A stretch of 64,000 nt of DNA from NCBI GenBank assembly GCA_037447605.1, contig CM074804.1:434001-498000 (forward strand), read 5' to 3'. Position 1 is the stretch's first letter. Each line of letters begins with the position of its first letter. The notes below the pieces were generated by a model. The model was not told where the DNA came from and made no database searches. It saw only the letters and a program-made list of their open reading frames with translations. Both the position numbers and the translations under genes were made by a program. This DNA comes from Zygnema circumcarinatum SAG 698-1b (taxonomy: Eukaryota > Plantae > Zygnematophyceae). Shown here piece after piece: positions 49,856-62,977 of this stretch.

Positions 49856-51189
49856 TGGGCCCTTGCCTTGCTGAACACTTCCTCTGTGAGACGGAGGTGG
49901 ATGCTGCTGCAAGCGCCAGTTTTGAGATCTACGCTACATATAAGAACTCAAACAGGAATTACAAGCATTTGCAGAAGCTGAAGCAAATAGGGTCAAGCAA
50001 AGATTATGCTCACGAACACAGAACAAACAAATTAAAAATTTCATGAAGGTCATCAAAGATCCTGGATAAAAATTCCCAAATCATCATAAACTAGTCACAC
50101 TGCCACTCGAAAACTTTGCGCAATAAGTTCACTTCCGAATATTCTTAACTGACTACGAACAAAAAAGGACCCCTCTCCCAAGAGATTCCACGACTGCGAT
50201 ATACCAACGTCAAACCAAGTTTGAAAACCTCGCGCGCATACACAGCGAGCTCCGAAGCGCCCCCTCCCCTCCCCTCCCCTCCCCTCCCCTCCCCTCCCCT
50301 CCCTTCTCCTCTCCCCTCCCTTCCCTTCTCCTCTCCCCTCCCTTCTCCTCTCCTCTCCTCTCCTCTCCTCTCCTCTCCTCCCCTCTCTTCTCCGCCCCGC
50401 TATGCGCGCCCTCCCCCCCGTGCCGCCACCTGGCGCGGAGCCGTGGCCGCCGGGAGGAAGCTTGCGGGCATGGCGGCAGGGAAGCCTCCGAACGAAAAAT
50501 ATTTTCCTGCCCGGCGGAGAGCCGGGTCCTTCCTATTGGCTATCACTCCGTTTGGGCAGGTGAAAACGTTTTGCACGAAGGGCAGCTGAAGGGTGGGGTA
50601 AGCCGTACGGAAATATACAAATATGTACGGCATCATCATGGTGGCAGTCAGCCAACCACCGTTGGGTGCCAATGGTTGCGCAGAACATGCGCAGCCTTAA
50701 CATGACGCAGGAGCGTGGTTGACTAATGTTCATCAGGTGAAAGATGGCTAACTTTGACACATTTTCAATTCTGTACAGCAGTGTCTCTTAGCGTTCAGGT
50801 CGGAGAGACGCCGGCCTGCGCAGCAACGGGGCCTGCTTCCACTTGTTGCTAGTTTTGTAAAGAGCAACCCCCATGCAGCGGCTTTCTTCAGGTTTCGCCT
50901 AACTGTGCCCGCTCTGAAACTCCAAAGTCCTGCATAGTCCCATCTAACGACAGAGGCCAGCAATAGGGCAGCAACTTTGTGTCACTGTGCTCACGGAACG
51001 ATGGGAATGGATAAATTGCTACGAAAAATTCACCTCTTGCTTTCTCTGAAGAGAAGGTTGTGTTTTCTCATCTATTGAAACAATAAAAATCCGCCACGTG
51101 TACGTTTCTGTACACGTGGCGAGTACCAATTGGCTGACGCTTCACTATAGGAGCTGGCAAAAGGAGATGCGCTGCTCTTGGCTTCGGCC

Positions 51190-52908
51190 ATGGCTGCCCT
51201 CTCATGGAAGGCCTGCCATGGCGCCGCGCTTCACCTTGCAGAGGCCCTGAGGAGGAGGCCTTCTCGAGTGGTCTGCACGCAGAAGCTGCCACAAAGCCTC
51301 CGCCATGGCCTGCATTCTCAGCACGGCGCGCTTTTTGCACGGAGAACAGTCAACGCGGAGGCAGGCGGAGGCTTGGAGCTCTTTGCAGAGAATATTCCCT
51401 TGTCAGAACGTAAGGCAGAGCATTGTGTTCCTTTGCGGGAGCTTCTGGCATGGCGGCGGTCTGCTATCTTGAGATGCCTGGAAACAGGGGACCGCTTCTT
51501 GCAGGAGGACGGCGGCCCAGGGGCTGAAGAGCTTCTGCAGGAAATAGAGTGGCTTTTGGAGGATGCAGTTGCAGCTATTTCGCAGTCGGACCCTTTTCAG
51601 GAAGGGAAATTCCCCATGGGTGCCTGCTCTTGGAGGGAGCTTTCGTCTGTCTTGCGCAGCAGTGGCTGGATTGGACGAGAAAGAGGGGCACAGGAGAACA
51701 ATGGTGGGAGCTTCCATTTGCAGGGGCCTACGTCCTTGCAAATGGAACACGTTTCTGTGAAGCTTCGCGCCAGTCTAGAAAAAGAAATTGCGGTTTTGTG
51801 GCAGGAGAGGATAGAGAAACGGACGCCTTTCCAGTACCTTGTATCTGCAGCACATTGGCGAGACTTGGTTCTTGCAGTGCGTCCAGGAGTTCTTATTCCA
51901 CGACCGGAGACGGAGCTTCTAATAGACATGGCAGCTTCAGCCTTGACTGATAACCCTGAGCGAGCTAACTATGCCTGGGCGGACTTAGGGACGGGCAGTG
52001 GCGCAATAGCTATTGCTTTGGCGCAGCTGCTTCCCTCTCACACAAAGGTAGTGGCTGTGGATGTCAGTGAAGTAGCGATATCCGTTACGTCTGCAAATGT
52101 TCAGCGATACAAAATGAAGGTAGGCTGCTTCCCGTTTTTTTCTTGCTTTGACTTGTCGGTCGAGTCGTCTATTATTTTATCGATAATGAGAAACTCTTGA
52201 ATATGTCGTATAGTTCAATTAGCTCTGGCGGACCAATGCTTTGGGTGTTCTGTTCTTATTGCAGGATCGCATTGAAATTGCTTTCGGGAGCTGGTTCAAT
52301 CCTCTGAAGAACCTGATGGGCCAGTTGGGAGGCATAATTAGCAATCCTCCATACATTCCTTCGCATAATCTTGGAGGACTTCAGGCTGAAGTTGGGCTGC
52401 ACGAACCATGGCTTGCGCTGGATGGTGGGACAGGAGAAGGAACTGATTCTTTAAGAGAGATTGCTGAAGGAGCCGCGTTGGCTCTAATACCTGGAGGGTA
52501 TCTTGCGTTGGAGGTGGGAATGCATCCTTCCTCGTTTGTTTTGCTTAAAGTGCAATTGCCACTTGTAGGGACTACCTTGGCTTGGTTATCAAGAAGAGAA
52601 GATAAGTAGTAAACGATAGACAGCATGGTGTATGACTATTAAGCTCGTATTTGGAAATACTCAGGGCAGTATAGAGGAAGACTTATAGGTTTGTGGACTT
52701 ATGTACCGGTCGTTATTGCGTTTGGGATTTGCAGACCAATGGTAATGAGCAAGCTGGGAGGGTGGCCGCCTACCTCTCTCTCTTGCCAGGCTGCCCATTT
52801 GAGGACGTACAAATCACCAAGGATTTGGGGGGAATTCCGCGATTTGTCAGTGCTGTACGGAAAGCCTCTCCCACTGCCTCCCCCCACAGTTTACGGTTAC
52901 GTGTTTGA
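51190..52908 (+). CDS. prmC: Release factor glutamine N5-methyltransferase (HemK/PrmC), probably organellar, 3 exons
   Basis: Exons 51190-52119, 52265-52513, 52735-52908; 450 aa. Motifs RTPFQYL, VLIPRPETE, WADLGTGSGAIAIALA, ISNPPYI, EPWLALDGG, LALETNGNEQA; N-terminus resembles a transit peptide. Confidence 0.95.
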
Positions 52909-53588
52909 GGCGGTGGAACTATCTTATGAGCGAGTAAGAGAAACCATCAAGATGGGCGTGCATCAGCTCATGTGGTGAGCAAGACCTTCACACCTTGTGG
53001 CTTTCACTGCTGCCGCCATCTTAAATCACGTATGAGTGTGTTTCCATGCTCATGTTTTTTGGGATTCCCAGCAGTTAGCCCAGGAACAGCATCTGAGAAC
53101 GAACAACTCAGTATGTGTCTGCTCGTCCACAATGTCATCCATACAGGTCGACGGGTTATACATATGTGCTATGACGAGCTTTTGAGGGGAGAGGAGGAGG
53201 CGGTGACGAGGTTGTGTATGGGAACGAGGCAAGCTTTGACGGTTTTTTTTCATCTTATCTGGTGCGAAGTGGACCATGGTAACACGAAACGCAGGCTTCA
53301 ATGTTTAATGCTGTAGTAGACGGGACTCATGTTCCATCCTTGAGGAACATTGAGTTAGAAACAGGATCTGGAGCAAATTATTTATCTTGGCTATTCCCCT
53401 GATATTATTTTGAAAATTTGGGAGCTTGTGAAAAATAAATGACAATGGCTTCCTACTCTCATGACGAACGGGAATGGGTATTACATAGTCTCCAATGGAA
53501 AGGGATGTGGCATTGATTTCACGATAGCTATACATCAAATGTTCGTGCATAATCATCATAGAGATCAAAGGACCAAAGAATAAAAAAC

Positions 53589-54294
53589 GGAAAATAATAC
53601 TCCCCCCCCCTGTCTGGGTTATCCCGCCCCATTTTTTTTGAAATCCCGCCCTCCCATTTTGGCTATTCCCCCCCTTCCCTCCTTCCCTCCCTCCCTCCCA
53701 ACCTCCCTCCTCTCCCCTCCCCTCCCCTCTCCCCCTCCCCCCGCCTCCCTCCATCTGAGGAATGTTCTGGCAGACTGGCTCTAGCGATGTAGATCTGTAC
53801 TCTGGACCCTACGTTAGACGCTTAGGTGTAGCTAGTTTGGCAGCTTGTAGGCTTCAAATGCGCAGATACTTCGTCGAGTTTTTCTATTTTTAGGAACTTT
53901 TAATTCTCTTTTCATTCCTTTCTTTCGGTGGGTGTGAAGCTCTGTGATGATGGAATGGTTGGTTGGTTGGTTGGTTGGTCGGTCTGCTCTCTCTCTCCTC
54001 TGACCTATGCTCTCTCTCTCTGCTCTCTCCTCTTTGTTCTCTCTGCTCTATCTCCCCTGATCTCTCCTCGGCTTCCTCTACTCTCTCCCCTGCTCACTCT
54101 GCTCTTTCTCGGCTCTCTCCACTGCTCTCTCTCCACTAGTCTCTTCTCTAGTCTCTCTCCTCTGCTCTCTCGGTCTCATATTCAAAATGGGGAGGGGTGG
54201 GATATCCAAGACAGGAATGGCCAAAATGAGAGGGCGGGATTTAAAAAAAAACGGGGCAGGATAACCCAAAAAGAAAGGCGAAGTGTCGTTTTCC
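53589..54294. mobile_element. Older, shorter TIR element of the same family as 45579-47941
   Basis: Left end GGAAAATAATACT..GGGTTATCCCGCCCC..TTTGAAATCCCGCCCTCCCATTTTGGCTATTCC; the right end carries the diverged inverted copy ending GTCGTTTTCC. Flanks TAAAAAAC and TAAAACTC form an imperfect TSD; internal CT-rich units are like those of the first element. Confidence 0.7.
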
Positions 54295-54728
54295 TAAAAC
54301 TCAAGCAGACTCCGTTCGCAAAGACCTCGTTTCATGACAGCTATCGACATCAAAACAGAAGTCTGACCTGAAACCCTCGTACTAAAATAACATGGAACGA
54401 ACATGGCCAGACCATAGAAAAGCAAAAAGCCAAGTTTGTCAGAAAATCAGAAATGAATGACATCATACCACAATACAAAAAAAAATATATATAAGTAAAT
54501 GAATAATTAAAAAATATAGGTGTCCAGCAGTATTTGCAAACCCCGGGGTTCCACCCACCAATACTTTCACGCCAGACCCCGTAAACAAGGGACTGCAAAT
54601 GGCAGCAATTTTACACATCCAGGAAGTACACCAGGAAGTATGCTGAAATATGATGCTGCAGTTATTCCTACATCTAAATTATGTGCGGTACTCTACCGAT
54701 TCTGTGTGCTACTCCCCACAACTACCTT

Positions 54729-57573
54729 TCAAACCCCCTCCCCTCCCGCAGGCTTCATTTCAGGAGCAAAGAGCTGACCCTCCCCATCCGCAACATTGTA
54801 AGCAGAGCCTCCATGGCGGGTGGCATCCATTCCAGCGATCTCATCATCAGGAGGAATGCGGAGAAGATTGAACATGTGGAGGAGGTAGAAGAGAGGGGCC
54901 ATAGTAACGGTCACCCATCCAAAAATAACGAGGATTTCAACAATTTGGGCAGCTAGAAGGCGGCCGCCTCCACCGGGATAAAAGAGGCCATAGGGAGTAG
55001 ATGGACCCCTCGCATACGTTTGCATCACATACTCCTGCTTCGCCAGAAGCCCTGAAACCGACGGGGGAAAAAAAAAATCAGCATCGGACAGAGATGCATC
55101 AGCTTGAAGGGTTCACGAAAGGAGAACAAAACAAACCGACCCAACCAGGAGAGGAGGGTAAGGCCTACCGGTGAAGAAGAGGCCAAACGATCCGCAGCCG
55201 AAATGAAGCTGCGTAGCCTCAAGAGGGTCGTCAAACTTAAGATAGGCAGACAAATAATTTCCTCCAATGAGCACCCAGGCAGCAAGGAAGCCGCAAAGGA
55301 CAGCAGCCCATGGCTCAATAACAGAACAGGAGGCTGTCACAGCAGCCAGTCCACCAAGCAGTCCGTTGCAAACGTCGGTCACGTGCCACACACCCTGGAA
55401 AAAAAAGGAAAATTTAAGGTTAGATGGTTGAGCAAGTTCCCATTAAAATGAACGAGATAGGTGGTATGATAACGACAAGGACAAATAAGCCTACGTACAG
55501 TCAGCAAGCGCTTGGCGCCGAGGGTAGTAAGCCCCGCACTGCAAGCCGACAAAGTCGTGCACACAGCGGCTCTGCCAACGAAGGTCCAGTTACCCTGCAC
55601 ACCATACAATTCAGGTTAGCACGAGGCACTGAAAATTGAAAAAACAATGAAAATTGAATCGCTAAGAAGGATAGCAGAGCGGGGCTCACTTGGGTGTCAG
55701 TGAAAGGGGGAGATATCTTCAAGTACGATCCTGGATTGAATCCATACCATCCAAACCTGCACAGATCACAGCAAGTACTTCAGTTCCCTTCCAAAACCGA
55801 CTTTCTTCAAAAGAGCACATCCAGCACAGAGAAGGTACAGGAATAAGGAGAGACAGCTTCCTTACTACTCACCAAAGGAGGAAAGTTCCAAGAACAACGA
55901 GAGTCGCACTGTGTCCCTTCATCGCCATTCCTTTCCCTGACTTGTCAAACCGTCCGAGGCGAGGGCCCTCGATCAAAGCACCCCACATACCTGCACCGGA
56001 CATCACAGTCAGTAAAACAGTTTACAACGAACCAGCCAAGCAGAGTCCCTCATATGCAAAAAGAAGAGCTACAGTTACATTGCTTACCAGCAACACCTCC
56101 CACCATGTGCACCACTCCACTGCCAGCAAAATCAATGGCTCCCGTCTTCACAAAGGGGTCAGAAACGTTGAAAGCGCTGAGCCAGCCTTGCGCGGACCAC
56201 AGCCAGTGAACCACGATGGGGTACACAAAGCCCGTCAAGAAGAAAGAGTACACAAGATATGCAGTGAACTGGGTGCGCTCCGCAATCGAGCCGGAGGTGA
56301 TACCAGCAGTGGCAATGGCGAAAGCCCACTGTAAGACAAAAACAAACGGTTACCAATTGTCCAACTAACTTCTGCCTCTCAAGAATGTTGAGTGCTAAGC
56401 TGAAACTAAAATGGTGGGCGGAAATTCTACCTGATAAAGCCAGAAGCTCCAATCCATGCCGTTACCATAGTCTGGGTAGTGACCAGTCCCGAAGTAGTTA
56501 GAGCCAATGAAACCATTGCTGCAACAGTACCAATGTCATAAAATGAGATACAGCCAATAATTAAGCAAGACATAAAAATGCAGGAGTCGACTAAAAAAAA
56601 CATACAGAATGTTACAGAGCACAAAAAATCAAAACAGGAAATCAACAAGTGAGTCATCATGATGATGAACATAGAGATACCTTGATACAGGAGGTCTCTG
56701 GTTCAAAAAAAACATAAAAGAGTCACAGATCATACTAAAGGAGTTCAAGTATGCGTTCAACACGGTAGGAAGAGCCCAAAACTAAAAACAAAACATCTGT
56801 GGCAGGAACATCCACTAACACTATCACCAAGTGAAAGAAATAAGTCGGAGCTTACTTTGAACCGTCAGAGTTGTAGCCATAAGCGAAGGCGAAACCGAAG
56901 AGGTAGAAGGATATACCACCGCAACACGCGTCCATCACGTTTGTAAGCATGATATTCATCGTGTTCTTGGCACGCACAGTTCCAGCGCACAGCATGGCGA
57001 ATCCAAGCTGCACCATCCGAACACAGGACAAGGTTAATGAACTGAGCATCAACAACGAACGGGAAAAGTCTCCAGTCACCACCGAGCCTATCGCCATTAT
57101 CAGAGAAATCTACAAGCATGCCCGGACAAGGGATCGCAAGATGAAAACGAAAAGTTCCACTCCATAAATAAGACTTTCAAATTCCCACAATCATACACTT
57201 AAACTTTGAAACACAACAATCACCAGGAATATTGATATTAATTTCCACATTTCCCTGCTTACTCTCCACAAGCAGCCTCACCACCTCCGTTCCAGGCCCT
57301 GCACCTCACCTGCATGACGAACACTAGGTAACTGGAGTAAAGCAGGAACGAGTTGTCAACAGCGAGCTGCGTCCACTGCAGCTGCACTCCAAGGTACCCG
57401 AGCTTGCCGCAGATGAAGCTCGTCAAGTACTCCGCCCCGGCCGATGTCAACGAGGCCGTCAAGTTGCCCGTCAAGGATGTCATGTCGTCGGCCGTGCATA
57501 GGAACTGGTAGGTGCTTGCGTAAGCCCCCAGGCTCGGCTCAGTGAACGTCAGGGCGGTGTTTTCCTGCACCAT
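54729..57573 (-). CDS. AMT1: Ammonium transporter, plant AMT1 clade, 9 exons
   Basis: Exons 57573-57310, 57007-56856, 56518-56431, 56328-56088, 55990-55873, 55756-55690, 55594-55499, 55394-55169, 55051-54729; GT-AG and in phase. Motifs [91 protein letters not shown]. Confidence 0.97.
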
Positions 57574-57739
57574 CTTGGCAGCCTCCTGCTTGCAACCCTC
57601 GCAAGGGCGCAGCAAGAGGGAGAGGGAGGGAGAGGGAGAGAGCGGGGAGGAGAGGCCCTTCGAAGACTAGTAAGAGTTGAGGAGCAGACTCCTACATATG
57701 GCGGCCCAGCCTGCAAACCGTCCGGCAGGCAGGGTCGGG

Positions 57740-58700
57740 CCACGATCGACGGCCACGATTCGTCAAGTTGACACGATCGACGGCTCGCAGACAGCGTATC
57801 AATCCGACGGCTATCTAGCCCGGGTCAAAATCGGACGGCTGAGGAAAGGTTCAGGACGGCCACGTGATTCATTTTCTGCGATTTTCGATGTGCGCCGTCA
57901 CGCTGGAGCCATAGCCAATCAAAAGCATCACATGCACGTGCGAATCTCCTTTCGATCATGTCAGCCTCAATCGGACGGCAAGGATCCGCTTGACGTGACC
58001 TGTCCGTACCAGCTTGTACGAAATTGTCTTTTTGTATCCGTTATATGGCAGCGCGCACGTGGCTGCCCAAATCGTACGGTCAGCAGATAGAACTCCCATC
58101 CGTAAGTTGTCTGCTTGCGTACGGACGTATTTCTACAGTACGGCAGCAGTAAGTGGCCCGTCCTTTTGGCGGTGACGCCCTCGTGGTTTCTGCGCCTCCA
58201 CCGACCAGAATCCGCCTGTCGGTCGGAGGGTCCGGGCCCACGTGGCTGTGCGCAAGTGGCCTGTCCTGGTGCTGACCAATCAGAGAGGCCGCTTTCCATC
58301 CAAGCCGCCTGTCAGGGCTGTCGCGCCAACCGAACCGTTGGATCAATTTAATCCGACGGCTGGGATGTGTTCAGGCTGGAGATATGTGCTGACGTGGTTG
58401 CCCCCGGAGCCACAATATCGCAGGGTTTGCCACGTGTCGCACTGCAAGTGGGCGAAAAGGGACTCGGCGAGTCGCCGCGGTAGAGGTGGGACAGGCGTCG
58501 GCTTGTGGAGGCTTTCCGTACATTTTCTACATGTTTATCCGTACATATATACGGACGTCTGCATGTGATGCTTCGCATGTCATTTCTCAGGGCTCGCGCG
58601 GTTCCGTACAGTATCGTATCGTCATGTATCGTATTTCGTGATACGCTACGTTGCTGTGCCTGTGACAGTACAGGACTACCGTATTTAGGTGGGCACAGTA
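57740..58700 (-). promoter_or_regulatory. AMT1 upstream region rich in ATC(C/G)GACGG, CGTAC and G-box motifs
   Basis: GATCGACGGC at 57744 and 57775; ATCCGACGGCT at 57802 and 58351; ATCGGACGGC at 57830 and 57970; CCGTTGGAT at 58335; at least eight CGTAC cores at 58003-58608; several CACGTG. Confidence 0.55.
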
Positions 58701-59344
58701 GAACTGAACACGCTCCTTCCGCATGGATCCTGTGATGACCTCATGCATGACTGAGGGCATGAGGTATGCAGCATGCGTAGTAAATGGCAAGCTGCATTTA
58801 TAGGCATGGCTATGGATGTATGCCACCTCATCTTCCCTCATTCATGCCTAAAGCTTCCTCCTGCTTGATCATTCTGAGCTTACTGTGATGTGCCATCGTC
58901 TATGTGTCCCATGTGTTTGCCCCCATTGTCTCTGTCACGCGTCAATAGGGTCGTGAAGTGAAGGGAAGGGGAGTGAACACGGAAGTGTTCGAACGTGCAT
59001 TGTTTCTAAAGCAGAAGTCGTCAAAAGGTTAGAATTTTTTCAATACACAAGAACGAGCCCTTCACAAAATTTGCGACCATTTCAAGAAAAAAAAAAAAAA
59101 CAACTTGCATATAGCTCTACAACTTCCGTCGCAAAATAGTGACAAATTTTAGAACGCTTCATCACCGACGATTCCTCCATTCGGCCTCTCAGATACATTC
59201 ACAAATACACGGCCATACTATATTGGCGATCACTACAAACAAAAGACTACCCTACAACTATCTATCCACTGTATAGTAAGACACTGCAAATTTCGTATAG
59301 ATGGGACGGAAGAGAGAGGGAGGGAGGGTGATTCTCAGCCTCCC

Positions 59345-62300
59345 TTAAGCCTGTTTCGGCTTCCCCGCCTTCACTCTGGAATAGCCAAAAACTCCGGCAA
59401 GGGCAATTCCAGTACCTGCAAACACCACTCAACACACTCGTACTGAGCACCTGCCGACTGTTTCCATGTTACGGAAAATCCTGACACCTCTAATGACTTC
59501 CTGTGCTGTCAACTGTAGTAAAATGAAAGTGTGATCTCGACACATTTGTGACGGCGCAAGCACATGACTTACAGAGCCACAATACTCTTTCAATCAGCAA
59601 TCAAGTAGTTGTTTCGAGTTTTGTTTCTGTTAGGGGATTCTTAGGGTATCGTGTGCAATCTGGAAGCAGCACAGGGGAAAGGGAGGGAGGGGGGGGGGGT
59701 CAGATGAGAGAGGGAGGGCCTCACCAACGCCGTTAATGAGAGACACGGGGGTTTTGAAGAAAAGTACGGAAGTCACTATGACAATAACACGCTTAACGCA
59801 GTTTCCAACGGAATGTGTAACTGGTGAAACTCTTTGGAGAATCATGTATGACACCTGGCAGACATTCCCACCACCCCACAAACCCTCATGAGAATGCTGC
59901 CAACATGGGTACATGGAATAGTACGAAGTAAACTTCTGCACTCTTCGACCGTGCAAAGTTGAGCTTACTATACACCATTCAAAGACTGAAGCAAGCTACT
60001 CCTGCGAGTTTTTAGGGTTCCGCACCTGCTGGTAAGAGTGGAAGCAGAGCCCTGCAATTAGAGCCCTCACTATGACCTGCTGCACATTAAGCCCCTGCAC
60101 CATAATCCACCGCACTATCGGGTCAGAAAGGTTGCTGAAGGAGCAAATGGGTCTTACATTCTGAGGATAGGTCCATACACAATGCATAACCATATGTAAA
60201 GGCGAAGGAAAAGGAGGAAGGGGAAAACAAAGATGAGAGGAGAAGAGGAGGGGAGAAGGAGGCGAGGAAGGAGAGGTCACCTTGGAGGCCAGGAATGCTG
60301 GGGTGAACTTAACGCCTTCTGTAAGTAGGGTGACGGGAAGAAGGAGGAAGAAGGAGAGAATGGTGATGACAGAGAAGAGATTGATATTGTCGAGAGAGCC
60401 CTGAACGCAGTAGTCCAATGAAAAAAGTAAAAAAACAGATGGCAATGCCCCACATGCAGGGATCAACAAATTCTTGCACATGGAAACACCCAAAGTGTTG
60501 TTATCTATTCTGGGCATTCCATGATCAGTGCGCTTGAACAGGGACGAAAAAAAACATACAAGTTTAGGAATAGAACAGTAAAGGGCGAGATACGAAATGG
60601 AAATCTTCCTCACTTATTGTCATGGCAAGCTGGGTCTGTAAAAGTGACAACATTGCATTCCGCTTGCGCGAGAATAGGTGAACTTACATCTTTCTTCACC
60701 ATGAACTTTTTGCTAAGAACATTACGGGATTGGAAGGTGAGATTGGAGGCCATAGCACTCAGGAAACCGGCCCTGCATGCCGCACATTCTCACCAAACAT
60801 CAAGAAACCACAAAAAAAGAAAAGGGGGGAGAGCAGGCAAGCCCCCCGGAAACAAAGTTTTTGAATGAAACCTTTCCATAGGAAACTCTGAAAAGGCTTT
60901 CCCTTTGGTAATTCTGCCCCACACAGGCTTATACATCCGTAAAGAAAGCACCATGAATAAAGGAACTTTGCAACTTCTTTCACATGGAAATGCTCGATTG
61001 AGGAACAGTGTAAACTGCCTTCAGACTGCCAGTAGTCGACAGTCATCAATCATTAAGGAAGTTCTGAACCTTGACAGCATTGTGTCAGACGTTATTCAAG
61101 TTTAGCTGGTCCTCAAACTTGAGCAAGCTCAAGTTGAAATGACATTGACATGAAGTGCATGGCAGACTGACCAATTGAAGGAGGCCTCAGTGGCCGAGGC
61201 GAGCACCACACCGCCCACAATAGGAAGAAGGGCCAACACAACAGGCAGTGTAGGAGCCTAATGCAAAAGAAGAAATTAAAATGAATCAGAAGTTAAGAGG
61301 TCAGAGAAGGGAATAAAAAATATCATGGACTTTCACACGTACACTATCCGAACTTTCGGTTGAGCCGACTTAAAAGTTAGGGAGAGATTGTTACAGGTTC
61401 AAAAGCTTGTCATTCCCCAAAGTAACGGTAAAGTGATTACATGTGCGTTAAGCCAAAAACAATTCGAGGCATGTATCACTTGCATGTTTAGTTGATTTAT
61501 CCTTATAAGCAGCTTTGCAAGTGCATACCTCTCCAAGCACAAGGGCTGATAGGAGAACAGAGAAGAATGGCTCCAATGCTTTAATGGTGTGAGTGAAGGA
61601 GACTGCCACTTTTCCCAAACTCATATTGGTGAAGAGGTTGCCGAGCGTGTGAACTGCCGCCAGAGGCAGAACCCCCACCAGCTGCTCCTCCACAAAATAC
61701 ATCACACGTTTTGCAATTAGTTTGTTGCGAATAGTCAAGTAGTTCTCAGCCATACACTTAAACAACCAGAACAAAAATCTCTTACAAAGTACCTTTTCCA
61801 CGTTGTCCATTTCCTATTCTCTGCCGAAAATCAAACAAAAGACTCCTCTGGACTAAGATATTATTTCAAGTTTGTTCCACCGAATGAGCAAGAATACAAC
61901 TTGCTCGGCGATGAGCAACTTGTGACCAGGTTGGCCACCATAAAGTTTAAATTTGTCTTCACATTCCTTGCCTTTTGAATTGGTAACAACCTAACAACCA
62001 CTAAAACATATCCTTCCTGCATCCTTGAAATACATTTTTTACAGTATTTGTACCCTTTACAACCACCACCTAGACAGGATAAAAGTCTGGAGTATTCTGG
62101 AGCTCTCCTGCAGAGTGCGTTCAGGGTAAGGAATCCGATAAGAAGGATAAAGGAAGCAAATGTATTCAACAGAGAGAGGATACACTCACTTGGGCTTGAG
62201 TAATCTCCGGCTTCTTGTAGAGCCCCGTGGCCCACATAATAGATACAACGATGGCCCCAACAAGGAACTGGAGGGAGGTGATGGTGATGGGGTATGGGAA

Positions 62301-62977
62301 CACCTTGAGGACCTGGGAAGCGAAAAAAAAATTAAAAACGTCAAAACCATTCTGTATGTGCTCCATTTGCAAGGGGGAACTCAAATGGGTAAAAGTCAGT
62401 GCATTGTTCAATGACATAGAGCAGAGGAGAACACCTGACGCTTCCTGCAAATTTAATATAATGTACCGTAAGAAACCACATTGGTGAATTGAAGCAAGTT
62501 TCTCCTTTCAGAAGTATATTTTCAACTGACCTGCTTATTGTAAATGTTGAAGTAGATGTTGAACAAATACCACAGACCAAACAGGCATCCGAGCTGGATA
62601 GTTTTAGCCAAAGCAGCTTGCTTATCTTCCACTTCTGTTGCATTTCCAGCGTCAAGAGCTGCCGCAGCGTCAGCATCACTAGCTCCGGCTGCTGCTGCAC
62701 TGCAAACAGTGCGGACCGTTCTGCGAGGAGTAATATCATGCCCCCGCAGTGCAATGCTCCGCAGAGGCTCAACGCTTCCACAAAAGCCGCGGACAAGTCT
62801 CAAACTTCCTGACCTCTTCCCCGCATTCAAGCCGCATTGCACGCCGGAACCAAGTCTTGGAGCAGGCAGAAGAGCCCTTGGCGCGCAGGGCGACGCGTAC
62901 TTCACCACAGACGAAGAAACAGATGCAGCAGCAGTGGCTGAGGGGGCGGCGCAGTGGGAGACAGCGACGGCAGCCAT
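59345..62977 (-). CDS. PPT: Plastid phosphoenolpyruvate/phosphate translocator, 9 exons
   Basis: Exons 62977-62531, 62312-62190, 61681-61529, 61257-61172, 60772-60688, 60400-60281, 60094-60026, 59854-59725, 59415-59345; in phase. Transit peptide followed by [83 protein letters not shown]. Confidence 0.96.
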
